DNA of 64,000 nt. It comes from Candidatus Dojkabacteria bacterium (GTDB taxonomy: Bacteria; Patescibacteriota; Dojkabacteria; GCA-002793355). Numbering within the stretch: position 1 is the first letter of the stretch; each line of letters begins with the position of its first letter. Of the stretch, positions 55,713-64,000 are shown piece by piece. The notes under the pieces were generated by a model that saw only the letters and a list, made by a program, of their open reading frames with translations, searched no databases and was not told the origin of the DNA. The position numbers and the translations under genes were made by a program. The stretch lies in assembly GCA_030583825.1 (NCBI GenBank), contig CP129477.1, forward strand, positions 247,252 to 311,251. Reading direction: 5' to 3'.

Positions 55713-56735
55713 TTACTCACCTAGTTCTTCTTCAAGCAAGCCAGAAGCATCGGTCAATTGCTCAATACCTGAATGTGTTAACTTGTTAGCTAAACATCCT
55801 GAGTATGACAAGCTATCTAAATATGCGGAGGTTTCTTTCAACTGCCATAACGATCGGTATACAACACCGGCAAGTTTGATTGTTCCGGACATTTTTCGTG
55901 ACTTGAACTCAATTTTTGACTCAACTCGTGATTCTGGGCCACCTTTTTTGAAGACCATCGAAATCTGAACATTTTTGCCATCACTGACTGAGCGAACTCT
56001 TTCGGCATTAATGGTAATTTCGTATTCTTCCATTCTTCCTTGAATATATTCTGCGAGAGGAACTCTTTCGAGAACTTTATATTGTCCACCAACGTATCGG
56101 GACAATTCTGCAAAATACTTTCCATTTGGTCTCTGGAACAAAATAACAGCCAAGTTACCTTCTGAAGAATCAGATGACACTAAACGCATTCGGACACCTG
56201 TAATAGTACGGATATCTCGATCTTTTTTATACTTTGGATCAAGCTTTGTTGGAGAGGTGAATGATCGTGTAATAGTTGCTTTCATTGAAAATGGGCCAAC
56301 AAATTCACCTGCTGCATACACTCCAGGCATTTTTGAAAGAATGACTCTCTTTCCATTGTTTGACAATGTATCACCATCTTTAATCATACGAAGTTGGCTA
56401 TTAGCAATTTCGTAACGACCGAAACGTCGAGTAATAAAGTTGCTATCGAGAGTTGCGGTATCGAATGATGTACTTGCGCTGACAGCGTTACAGTTTGGAG
56501 CAATTGTTGATCCACTTGCGAAGATTGAATCGTCTTCTTCCAATACTTCCTCTGCAACGAGGATATTCTCTTCTGGATCGGCAAACACTTCTTCTTCATC
56601 CTGATTCTGTGTTGCGACAAGCTCAGGCTGAGATGTTTTCGCGATGTAAAAGCCGGTTGCACCTGCTGCAGCAATTCCTACTACAAAAAGAGCAAACAAG
56701 GCAATCGCAAAGATTACTCGTTTGGACATAAACAT
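55713..56735 (-). CDS. Secreted or membrane-anchored hypothetical protein (340 aa)
   Basis: An N-terminal signal-anchor (VIFAIALFALFVVGIAAAG) followed by an acidic linker. Confidence 0.45.
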   Translation of the reverse strand: MFMSKRVIFAIALFALFVVGIAAAGATGFYIAKTSQPELVATQNQDEEEVFADPEENILVAEEVLEEDDSIFASGSTIAPNCNAVSASTSFDTATLDSNFITRRFGRYEIANSQLRMIKDGDTLSNNGKRVILSKMPGVYAAGEFVGPFSMKATITRSFTSPTKLDPKYKKDRDIRTITGVRMRLVSSDSSEGNLAVILFQRPNGKYFAELSRYVGGQYKVLERVPLAEYIQGRMEEYEITINAERVRSVSDGKNVQISMVFKKGGPESRVESKIEFKSRKMSGTIKLAGVVYRSLWQLKETSAYLDSLSYSGCLANKLTHSGIEQLTDASGLLEEELGE

Positions 56736-56872
56736 TAGATAATATTAATTAGTTGACCCCAATAATATTGAGGTACTTAATCTATACTATGTACAGGAAA
56801 ATGAGCTATTGGGCAAGGCCACCCCAAAATTGCACATAAGAAAATGTGAAAATATTCATTTATACGTAACCA

Positions 56873-58558
56873 CTATCTCGCGGAGTTGATGGCAGTTTCA
56901 GTTGCTTTCAAGTCTAATACGTATGTCCACCAGTTTCGTTTGACGTTCATGCTTTTCCCACTAAGAGATCTCAATGTTGTTTCGCCTGCCCCATTTGGAA
57001 GAGAGCTTAAGAAATATTCCTGCCATCCATTATCGGTACAACCCCATGCAGTACATGAAATACGTTCCGTTCTATTTGTATAGTTGGGAAAATTCTTCCA
57101 ATCTCCACATGCGCTGTTATACTCCACTCTATCGGAATATCCGTAGTTTGCTTTTGTATTGCCAGGATAATGAGTGTTTCCACAAGTTGGCATTGCGAAG
57201 TTTACTGCTTTGTTAAGGTACGTTGCTCCATACCACTCCATTCGAGCGAATCGTGAAAAGTGTCTTTCTTTGTCTGCACTACTCCAACTATTGGTTAGTG
57301 TTTGAAGAGTACTCTCTGCATGGTGAGAAAAGTGATGTAAAAATGAATAATACGGCTGTGTGTAGTTTCCAATAATAACGATGTAAGGTTTTTGACAGGT
57401 TGGATCAATATAAGTATTTGCACCTACGACTTGAGAAGGAGATAAATAAAAGAATTCCTGTCCTGTTTGGAAGCGAAACGTGTATAACCAAATCATATCG
57501 GCATTATGTTGGTTTGCGATTGAGCAGAGGCGATTGGTTCTAAAGTATTCTGCGTAATCAATTGAATTCATATATGTGGTGCATTCCTGAGTCAGTGCTG
57601 GAGTTAACGTCCTTGCATTTGCACATTCCAACGCTTTCTCAAACGTCATTGTGTTACCTCGTGTATTAGGAAGTGTCGTAAAATCGGTTGTTCCTACATG
57701 CGAAAATTTTACTGAACCACCGGTAAATTTGTTAAATTTATTAACGTAATAGTTAGCAATCTGAGAATCGAACTCGCGCCAGCTTTTCGCACCAAAAGTT
57801 GTGTAGTTGTTCATCGTCTGTTTAAACGATGTGGTTTCGGTGGATGGGTTTAATGATACAAACAATACTCTCTTTTCCAAAACGTTTTGTGGCACAGGTG
57901 TAGTTGTCGGAATCGGTGTCCAGCTTGGTGCGGGAGGCGCTTGTGTTGGTGCAATTGTGGCTGTTGGAGTTGGCATTGGAGTCGCAGCATTCGCGCTTGT
58001 TCCACATACCCATACGCACTGCTCAATTTTCTTAAATACCGGTTGCCCTGCAGACATACATGCTGAACCCGTGTTGTAGCAGGTACTATAGTTATTTCCT
58101 GGATTTTTTAAGCTTTGTACTCCACATGACTCACCTCTTTCAGATAATCCAAAACATTGACCTGTACCATTATTACTACAGTTGGCCTGTTCATTTATTC
58201 TTTTGTACGATTGTGCGCCTGCACATGCAGTTTGATGATAAATATACGACACACTTGATGTCATTTGACCTCCCGGGCCTCCACACGCCTGTTTTGTGGT
58301 TGGAGATACCCAACATGATCCTGTTGCACTTATACCACCTGATGCGAACTGAGTTTCAACAGAGGCTTCTTCAGCCATAAAGTATTCTACGTCTTCTTCG
58401 CGCATATCATCGCGATATGCTAAGTATCCATCTTCACGGGATGCGTTGAAAAAACCGCTAATAAGCATTAAAGCAACAAGAGAAAACGTCATTATGCCGG
58501 CAGCGGCGAGAATTGTGGTGAAAACTTTCTTCATGTCTGTAAATTGGTTCTCACGCAT
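56873..58558 (-). CDS. Membrane-anchored, cysteine-rich secreted protein with a Pro/Thr-rich linker. Unknown function.
   Basis: An N-terminal TM helix, a roughly 130-aa Cys-rich module, a PT linker (PMPTPTATIAPTQAPPAPSWTPIPTTTPVP), then a roughly 350-aa C-terminal domain with further Cys pairs. Confidence 0.45.
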   Translation of the reverse strand: MRENQFTDMKKVFTTILAAAGIMTFSLVALMLISGFFNASREDGYLAYRDDMREEDVEYFMAEEASVETQFASGGISATGSCWVSPTTKQACGGPGGQMTSSVSYIYHQTACAGAQSYKRINEQANCSNNGTGQCFGLSERGESCGVQSLKNPGNNYSTCYNTGSACMSAGQPVFKKIEQCVWVCGTSANAATPMPTPTATIAPTQAPPAPSWTPIPTTTPVPQNVLEKRVLFVSLNPSTETTSFKQTMNNYTTFGAKSWREFDSQIANYYVNKFNKFTGGSVKFSHVGTTDFTTLPNTRGNTMTFEKALECANARTLTPALTQECTTYMNSIDYAEYFRTNRLCSIANQHNADMIWLYTFRFQTGQEFFYLSPSQVVGANTYIDPTCQKPYIVIIGNYTQPYYSFLHHFSHHAESTLQTLTNSWSSADKERHFSRFARMEWYGATYLNKAVNFAMPTCGNTHYPGNTKANYGYSDRVEYNSACGDWKNFPNYTNRTERISCTAWGCTDNGWQEYFLSSLPNGAGETTLRSLSGKSMNVKRNWWTYVLDLKATETAINSAR

Positions 58559-58659
58559 ACGACAACTCTTAAACTTAAGCTATGCCAAGTATACCGCGTA
58601 TGGACAAACCTGCAAATATCACAGACTTTTGCCCGTTCTTATTTTTGCTACAATGAAAT

Positions 58660-59064
58660 ATGAAAATTCTTGAAAAACGTTCACAACTTTGGATATATGC
58701 TGCCGTTTTGATGTCTATCCTCCTCTTTTTCTCTATTGTAGGAAGTCGAATATTGCTTGAACAGCAGCTTTTACTCCGACAAATACTCGCGTTTTTATGT
58801 ATTGCGCTGATTCCCGGATTATTTGCGCTGTTAGGATACTTTGGCGCTAGATTTTTCTCTTTACTGGCGATTATTGGGAATGTTTTAGGATGTGGATATA
58901 TGCTTTTTATCGTATTTATGACAAAAGATGGTGGCTGGGCTGACCTTACAAGCTTCGCGGGATACTTCGTGATCTTTGGATTCTTTACTGTAATCGGCCT
59001 CGTTGTAGAAACTATTTACTTTGGAATAAAAAGACTACGACGGTTTGGACGAAAAAGAAAGTAA
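58660..59064 (+). CDS. Small membrane protein with 4 TM helices
   Basis: A 134-aa hydrophobic ORF. Confidence 0.4.
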   Translation: MKILEKRSQLWIYAAVLMSILLFFSIVGSRILLEQQLLLRQILAFLCIALIPGLFALLGYFGARFFSLLAIIGNVLGCGYMLFIVFMTKDGGWADLTSFAGYFVIFGFFTVIGLVVETIYFGIKRLRRFGRKRK

Positions 59065-59180
59065 TGTAGATTCACGTGCAGAAGTGTTGTACGGGATGTT
59101 TCAAAAAATGTGACAAGCGGAGGAAGTATATGTGTTTGATGTGTATTGTAAATACTCCCCCCGTGTCTGTTAGTTATTGG

Positions 59181-59681
59181 TCAATTGTCTTCCTTGCGTT
59201 GTTTAGCGATTCGTGCGCGTCGTTCAATTTCTTCTTCGACTTTCGCCCAGAAAAGTTCTTCAGCCTCAGTTGCCTGCGTGGATTTACGGATAAATACATC
59301 TGCGCTATTGATATAGTAGACTTTTTTGATGTTTCCGCGTGCCAGCAGTTCCTCTGTATCTCCCATCGTAGAAGACAAGAGCGCGACTTCTCTTTGGTCT
59401 GTAACCATGATTACAGCACGAGTATTCTCAGGCATTCCATTACGAATACGTTCAACATCTTCGGGGACGAACACACACGCAGATGTGATGGACAGCAAAA
59501 CAACCGCACCCTGCGCCGCCATAGTATCGAAAACGAGCTTCAAATTCTCATAAGTCAATTCAACCGCGTCTAGCGTTGCTTTGACCCCAACAGAAGCGGC
59601 TTCTGATTCCTCTGGCAGAACAATCTCTAACGTTCCACCACCAATATTGTGTACTATCGAATCTGCAAACGCCTTTTTCAC
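59181..59681 (-). CDS. Hypothetical protein (166 aa)
   Basis: Protein-like composition. The overlapping plus-strand ORF (59076-59573) is Cys-rich low-complexity and judged spurious. Confidence 0.35.
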   Translation of the reverse strand: MKKAFADSIVHNIGGGTLEIVLPEESEAASVGVKATLDAVELTYENLKLVFDTMAAQGAVVLLSITSACVFVPEDVERIRNGMPENTRAVIMVTDQREVALLSSTMGDTEELLARGNIKKVYYINSADVFIRKSTQATEAEELFWAKVEEEIERRARIAKQRKEDN

Positions 59682-59805
59682 GAACTACTCCTCAATGTGC
59701 TAAAACTAACGGACTCTGAATTATATAGGATATGCCTAAAAACCTCAAGAATTTACAACTATTGCGACAGCTTATAGTAAGACTCCGTGGTATAATACTA
59801 TAAGT

Positions 59806-60486
59806 ATGGATAGAGAATATGAGCTACAAGTCGGAGATATTCCTGTCGCAGTAGAAAGAGCCGAACCCCAGGCGCTTGCACCAGAAGTTCAAGATCCTGC
59901 AATACAGTGGATTACCGAAAAAACGAAGATAGCACTTGGAGATGCTGGCGAATTTATTGACCGTATGGAATTTGCAGACGCGGTCGTATTACCAGACAAA
60001 TCAGGCTTTAATATTCCTCCCGCAATTGTCTACTATAAGCATTTAGATAGATATCTTTGCATGACATTTAGCAATATAAACGTTACAGAAGAAGAGATGA
60101 ACTCTCCACTTGCGTCATTACTACGAGTTAATATGCAATTTATGAGCGAAGAAGCGTACCATAAAGACAAAACGCGCAGAGATGCAATTCTTAGAGGAGA
60201 AATATCCGCACAAGAAAGTGTCGCAACTGCTGATACCTCTTGGTCAACAGAGCTCGTAGATAGTATAGAGACTATGCGATTTGCAAAGGATATGGTTCAT
60301 TTTATGGGCAAAATGCATCCAAGTATTTTAGTATGTGTCACACCGTCCGACGAAAGAAGGCATAGAGTATATAGAGCAGCATTAGACCGTACGGTAGAGC
60401 CCCGCCGACGAGCAATGGCAATGGAGAAAGGATTACCGTATACACCAATTTCAATGCCTCCTATAGCAAAAGAAACAGCGGCATAG
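59806..60486 (+). CDS. Hypothetical protein (226 aa)
   Basis: Higher-GC ORF with no motif. Confidence 0.4.
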   Translation: MDREYELQVGDIPVAVERAEPQALAPEVQDPAIQWITEKTKIALGDAGEFIDRMEFADAVVLPDKSGFNIPPAIVYYKHLDRYLCMTFSNINVTEEEMNSPLASLLRVNMQFMSEEAYHKDKTRRDAILRGEISAQESVATADTSWSTELVDSIETMRFAKDMVHFMGKMHPSILVCVTPSDERRHRVYRAALDRTVEPRRRAMAMEKGLPYTPISMPPIAKETAA

Positions 60487-60521
60487 CCCATTACTGCCAA
60501 CAAAGTGTGCTACTATAACGC

Positions 60522-61100
60522 ATGGCAAAACAAAAACAACATAAAGAACAAATTTCGTTTCCCAAAGATCTAAACAGTAACGACATTCTCATCGCAGAGT
60601 ATCAATATGCCGCACAAAGTGCGTTCCAGGCAAATGAAGATCGCGTCAAAGTGTTTAATTTTGTATTTGCAAACATTCTTACATTGGGAGCATCGTTTAT
60701 TGCGCCGTTTCTCAATATTTCATTTGATTCAAAACTATTCGGCTATTTATTCATCGCACTGGCAGCAATCGGGTTTCTTTCAATCATTCAGCTAGTAAAA
60801 CTTCGCCGCGCGTGGAGAGAAAGCGTAAAAGCAATGAACAAAGTAAAAGAATATTATATTCAGGCGAATCCTCAACTAGAAAGTGCATTTAAGTGGCGTG
60901 CTCAGACGATTCCAACAGCCGCAAAGGTATTCTCGATGTCATTTTTAATGGCATTCATGCTCATGATTCTTAACACACTTGCAATTATTACGGCGATTAC
61001 ACTACTAACACCGCCATCAAGAATGCTTTATCACCTTGTGATTGCAGGATTTCTTATCATCACTCAATTTATTGTTTGGGTATTTGCGTCACGCGACTAA
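60522..61100 (+). CDS. Membrane protein with 4 TM helices. Unknown function.
   Basis: A 192-aa hydrophobic ORF. Confidence 0.4.
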   Translation: MAKQKQHKEQISFPKDLNSNDILIAEYQYAAQSAFQANEDRVKVFNFVFANILTLGASFIAPFLNISFDSKLFGYLFIALAAIGFLSIIQLVKLRRAWRESVKAMNKVKEYYIQANPQLESAFKWRAQTIPTAAKVFSMSFLMAFMLMILNTLAIITAITLLTPPSRMLYHLVIAGFLIITQFIVWVFASRD

Positions 61101-61149
61101 TTAATACCTCTATAATTCCGTTGAGAATGAATAAACTAAGACACGAGTT

Positions 61150-61917
61150 ATGACAATTCCGCTCGGGGAGTTCACTGTTACCTCACCTGCCCTGATAGTT
61201 TCTGACCCATACTACGACTATCCACTCGATAAAGAGTTTCTTCTCTATCTTAACAACGTCAAACCCGGCGATTGGAAAGTATACACGTCGAGATATACTA
61301 TTCAAAACAAGCGCGACATAAATATTTCTCTTACCGCAATTCATGTAGAAAAGGTATTAAGCAATACTTCAAACTTGAAATGGGAAACATTGCCTCAAAA
61401 GGTCTCGTCAGAAGCAGAAAGAATCGGATTTTTCGACGCCGTACGCTTTAAAGGTGGAAGTGATACCTCTTGGTATGAAAAGTGCTGCAATATTACCGAT
61501 GATGCCTACGATGGAGCCTCTGTAATGCCAGGAGGAGCAATTTCTTCCGGTGGATTCGGCAAAGGTTTATATAACGTAGAGGTTTGCAAAGATAACAACG
61601 ATAATATCGTATGTGTACGTGTTATATTTTACACACCGAACGAAACCGAAATTGCAGAACCATTGAGCAAAGCGCAAAAATTAGTTGTAGCGAAAGATTT
61701 GCTGAAGCGAAATCCCTGGCCAGCTGCATTGAGGTTTAAAGAAATTCACGAGTATGAATTTGCTGAAAAGGCAATTACAAAAACTATTCAAAAAGCCGAC
61801 ACCGACGATCCGTTACTCATAAATTACTATACATTTCGTGCGACAATTTATGACAAACTTGGTAAAACCGACTTGGCAATTGAAGATAGGCGAAGTGTAC
61901 AAAAGCTCCGAGAATAG
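61150..61917 (+). CDS. Hypothetical protein, possibly DUF4241-like
   Basis: The N-terminal LIVSDPYY motif is reminiscent of DUF4241. Recalled from memory only. Confidence 0.35.
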   Translation: MTIPLGEFTVTSPALIVSDPYYDYPLDKEFLLYLNNVKPGDWKVYTSRYTIQNKRDINISLTAIHVEKVLSNTSNLKWETLPQKVSSEAERIGFFDAVRFKGGSDTSWYEKCCNITDDAYDGASVMPGGAISSGGFGKGLYNVEVCKDNNDNIVCVRVIFYTPNETEIAEPLSKAQKLVVAKDLLKRNPWPAALRFKEIHEYEFAEKAITKTIQKADTDDPLLINYYTFRATIYDKLGKTDLAIEDRRSVQKLRE

Positions 61918-61958
61918 GTTTATCGTTAAAACTCCCATTATGCTTTATAATAACTGTA

Positions 61959-62588
61959 GTGGAAAAGAAAGACTTTAAAAAGATATACAAAGAACTCTAC
62001 ACTGCGAGTATCACCCCAAAGCTCGTGACTGTTCCTCCTCTGCAATTTATCTCCATAACAGGTGAAGGTAATCCTAATACTTCTAAAATGTTCGCAGATG
62101 CAGTAACAACTCTCTTTCCTGTAGCATATACACTCAAATTCATGATTAAAAAAGGAGAAACACCTTTATCGCCCGCTGATTACAATGTGATGCCTTTGGA
62201 AGCACAATGGTGGGCAGACAACATGGAAGATTTTATTTCTCGCAACAAAGATACATGGAAATGGAAAGTGCAGCTTTTTATGCCTGATTTTGTTACAGAA
62301 GAAATTCTCGCATTGGCTATAGAAAAAGTACGAAAAAAGAAAAGCTTAGCGATGTTGGATTCTTTAAAACTTGAAACAATTTCGGAAGGAACATCTGCAC
62401 AAATTATGCACTTTGGGTCTTACGATACCGAAATGCCGACAATACAAGCACTTCATTCTTTCATTAAAGCAAACGGAGGAAAATTATCTGGTTTACATAG
62501 AGAAATTTATCTCAACGACTTTCGAAAAGTCGCCCCAGAAAAGTTAAAAACGATCATTCGGCAGCCATATATAAATTTAAGTACTTAG
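61959..62588 (+). CDS. GyrI-like small-molecule-binding domain protein
   Basis: A 209-aa protein matching the GyrI-like/effector-binding pattern (ISITGEGNP...AQIMHFGSYD). Confidence 0.55.
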   Translation: MEKKDFKKIYKELYTASITPKLVTVPPLQFISITGEGNPNTSKMFADAVTTLFPVAYTLKFMIKKGETPLSPADYNVMPLEAQWWADNMEDFISRNKDTWKWKVQLFMPDFVTEEILALAIEKVRKKKSLAMLDSLKLETISEGTSAQIMHFGSYDTEMPTIQALHSFIKANGGKLSGLHREIYLNDFRKVAPEKLKTIIRQPYINLST

Positions 62589-62592
62589 TTTT

Positions 62593-63015
62593 ATGGAAAA
62601 ATTTTCAACTCCACAAAAATATATAGATTCGTTGACTCCTGAGCAAAAAGAAGTGATTCAGTTTCTTCACGACAAAATAGCTGCGATGTTTCCGCAATTT
62701 ACGCCATACATGTATGAAACGGTCTTTTGGGGAGGTTCTGAACAACATATTATCTGCTACGGAAAGATGACATATAAAAACTCCGCGGGCAAAGAGGCCG
62801 AGTGGTTTCAAATTGGACTTACTCAACAGAAAAATTATGTAAGCGTTTACCTTACTGCAGTAGAAGACCGCCAATATGTCGCAGAAAAGTATAAGGACAC
62901 GCTCGGAAAAGTAAGTGTTGGGAAAAGCTGTATTCGTTTTAGAAAGCTCGAAAATGTAAACCTCGATGCGCTTTTTGCTCTTATGAAAAAAGCCGTAGCT
63001 CTTGCTCCGAAGTAG
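62593..63015 (+). CDS. DUF1801 (YdhG-like) domain protein
   Basis: A 140-aa protein with a DUF1801-like pattern. Confidence 0.5.
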   Translation: MEKFSTPQKYIDSLTPEQKEVIQFLHDKIAAMFPQFTPYMYETVFWGGSEQHIICYGKMTYKNSAGKEAEWFQIGLTQQKNYVSVYLTAVEDRQYVAEKYKDTLGKVSVGKSCIRFRKLENVNLDALFALMKKAVALAPK

Positions 63016-63129
63016 TAGTTACTTCGCTATTCCCTCATTATTGCTGCTGTACAACAATAGTTCACGTTGACAGAAATCTTTGCTTATAGGATAGTACCCA
63101 TACTAAATTCTTGGTGTATCAGCAGGGGG

Positions 63130-64000
63130 ATGACACAACATCAGGCATTGCCTTATCCAAATGGCCATAAAAGCGAAACTGAGCTAACTGCCAGCACGAC
63201 AATTATTTACGAAAGAGCACAAAATGCGCTCAGTAATCTTCCTACCTATTTGCAACCCCTCGAAATTGCTCCCGCACAAGAATTTGAAGCACTTGCCCCT
63301 GTTATAGCGGAGCTCACAGAATATCACGAGGCAAATTTCGACAGGCTCGAGGCAGAAACTCCAGAGGCACAACATCCCATCAAAAGAAGAAAAAACAAGC
63401 AAGAAGTATACGAGATTCGAGATGTGTATCCTGAAAACGGAGAAACCATCCGCTATAAAAATATCCGCCCGATGGAGAATTCTCACGTACTGAATCTTGC
63501 ATACTCAATTCTTGAAAATGGCCAGCATAGCGAATGTTTAGCGGATCTCGTAGATGATGGGCAAACTGTACGTGTTCTTGCAGGACAGCATCGGTATATG
63601 GCAGTATGGGCCATAAATCAGGCGCGTGCAGAGCTTGGCATGACTCCCTACCCGCTTTCGGTAAAGGTTACACCTCACGAAATGGATGAAAAGGATATTT
63701 TACTCATTCAGGTGCAGGAAAATTTGCAGCATAAAATGCAGTCACACGAAAAAGCCCGTGCAATCATTGATATGTGGCGGGACTATTGCGCGTATTGCGA
63801 TTCTCAGGGAACAAAACCGACCCAAAAAGACTTTATTTCTTTTACAGCTCGTGGATTAGGAACGCGCGAAGTTGCCGCAGCTTTGCAATTTGGAGAACTC
63901 GATGCGCGTGTACAGGCGCTTGTGATTCATGGAGCGCTTGTTTACACCCATTCATTGGTTATTGGTCAATTGGATCAAGACATATTCAAAGATAAAGATT
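63130..64000 (+). CDS. ParB/Sulfiredoxin-fold (ParB N-terminal domain) protein. Partial, continues beyond the window.
   Basis: Manual translation from the ATG at 63130 gives a ParB-like nuclease motif region (IRYKNIRPMENSHVLNLAYSILENGQHSECLADLVDDGQTVRVLAGQHRYMAVWAIN). No stop occurs before the window end. Confidence 0.5.
   Translation, partial: MTQHQALPYPNGHKSETELTASTTIIYERAQNALSNLPTYLQPLEIAPAQEFEALAPVIAELTEYHEANFDRLEAETPEAQHPIKRRKNKQEVYEIRDVYPENGETIRYKNIRPMENSHVLNLAYSILENGQHSECLADLVDDGQTVRVLAGQHRYMAVWAINQARAELGMTPYPLSVKVTPHEMDEKDILLIQVQENLQHKMQSHEKARAIIDMWRDYCAYCDSQGTKPTQKDFISFTARGLGTREVAAALQFGELDARVQALVIHGALVYTHSLVIGQLDQDIFKDKD

Noticed and set aside
59076-59573. 165-aa Cys-rich plus-strand ORF
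   Set aside because: It overlaps the more protein-like minus-strand ORF 59181-59681. The Cys/Phe-rich composition is typical of antisense translation of a GC-richer gene.
1-64000. CRISPR arrays, rRNA genes, integrase/transposase genes, reverse transcriptase/DGR
   Set aside because: I scanned for regularly spaced direct repeats and for the hallmark protein motifs (tyrosine/serine recombinase, DDE, RT YxDD). None were found. The only mobility-associated signals are the tRNA-adjacent island, the Xis-type HTH and the HNH gene.

Overview
This is a low-GC (roughly 35-40%) bacterial chromosome segment, about 90% coding. Its gene content is most consistent with a small-genome, CPR/Patescibacteria-like organism, but that is inference only. 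Several genes appear to be leaderless or to use an extended -10 promoter of the form TGGTA(T/A)AAT, with TATAAT boxes lying a few nt upstream of the start codon.

The main blocks, in order:
- An ECF sigma factor with an overlapping membrane anti-sigma-like partner (partial at the window start), an MBL hydrolase, membrane proteins and a DsbA-like oxidoreductase.
- A roughly 530-bp gene-free interval holding a well-delimited candidate structured ncRNA of about 190 nt. This is followed by a strongly Shine-Dalgarno-driven small ORF and an RRM RNA-binding protein.
- A tRNA-His (GTG) gene with an encoded G-1. A roughly 6.4-kb lower-GC island sits directly at its 3' end. The island carries a three-gene, same-strand operon: an excisionase-family HTH (a 57-aa ORF below the ORF-track cutoff), a GmrSD-like DUF262/DUF1524 type IV nuclease, and a 1027-aa type IIG fused restriction-methyltransferase. 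It also carries a divergent 2-TM coiled-coil protein and two frameshifted gene relics.
- A cell-envelope block: a GT-C glycosyltransferase, an SGNH/DltD-like protein and an MBOAT O-acyltransferase under a divergent MerR-type regulator.
- A uvrA2-recX operon with a GTAC-N4-GTAC dyad over its -10.
- An isoaspartyl peptidase, an ATP-grasp enzyme, an MFS transporter, a Fur-family regulator, and a standalone LigD phosphoesterase domain next to a metallophosphoesterase.
- A glycan-modification cluster: a sulfotransferase, an NDP-hexose 2,3-dehydratase, GT2 and GT4 glycosyltransferases, a SAM methyltransferase and a Wzm/Wzt-type ABC exporter.
- Several ABC transporters.
- Multiple higher-GC operons of unknown proteins, including secreted cysteine-rich proteins.

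No rRNA, CRISPR array, integrase or reverse transcriptase is visible. The best candidates for something new are the tRNA-His defence island, whose operon wiring and unknown flanking genes are unusual, and the ncRNA candidate at 4867-5059.
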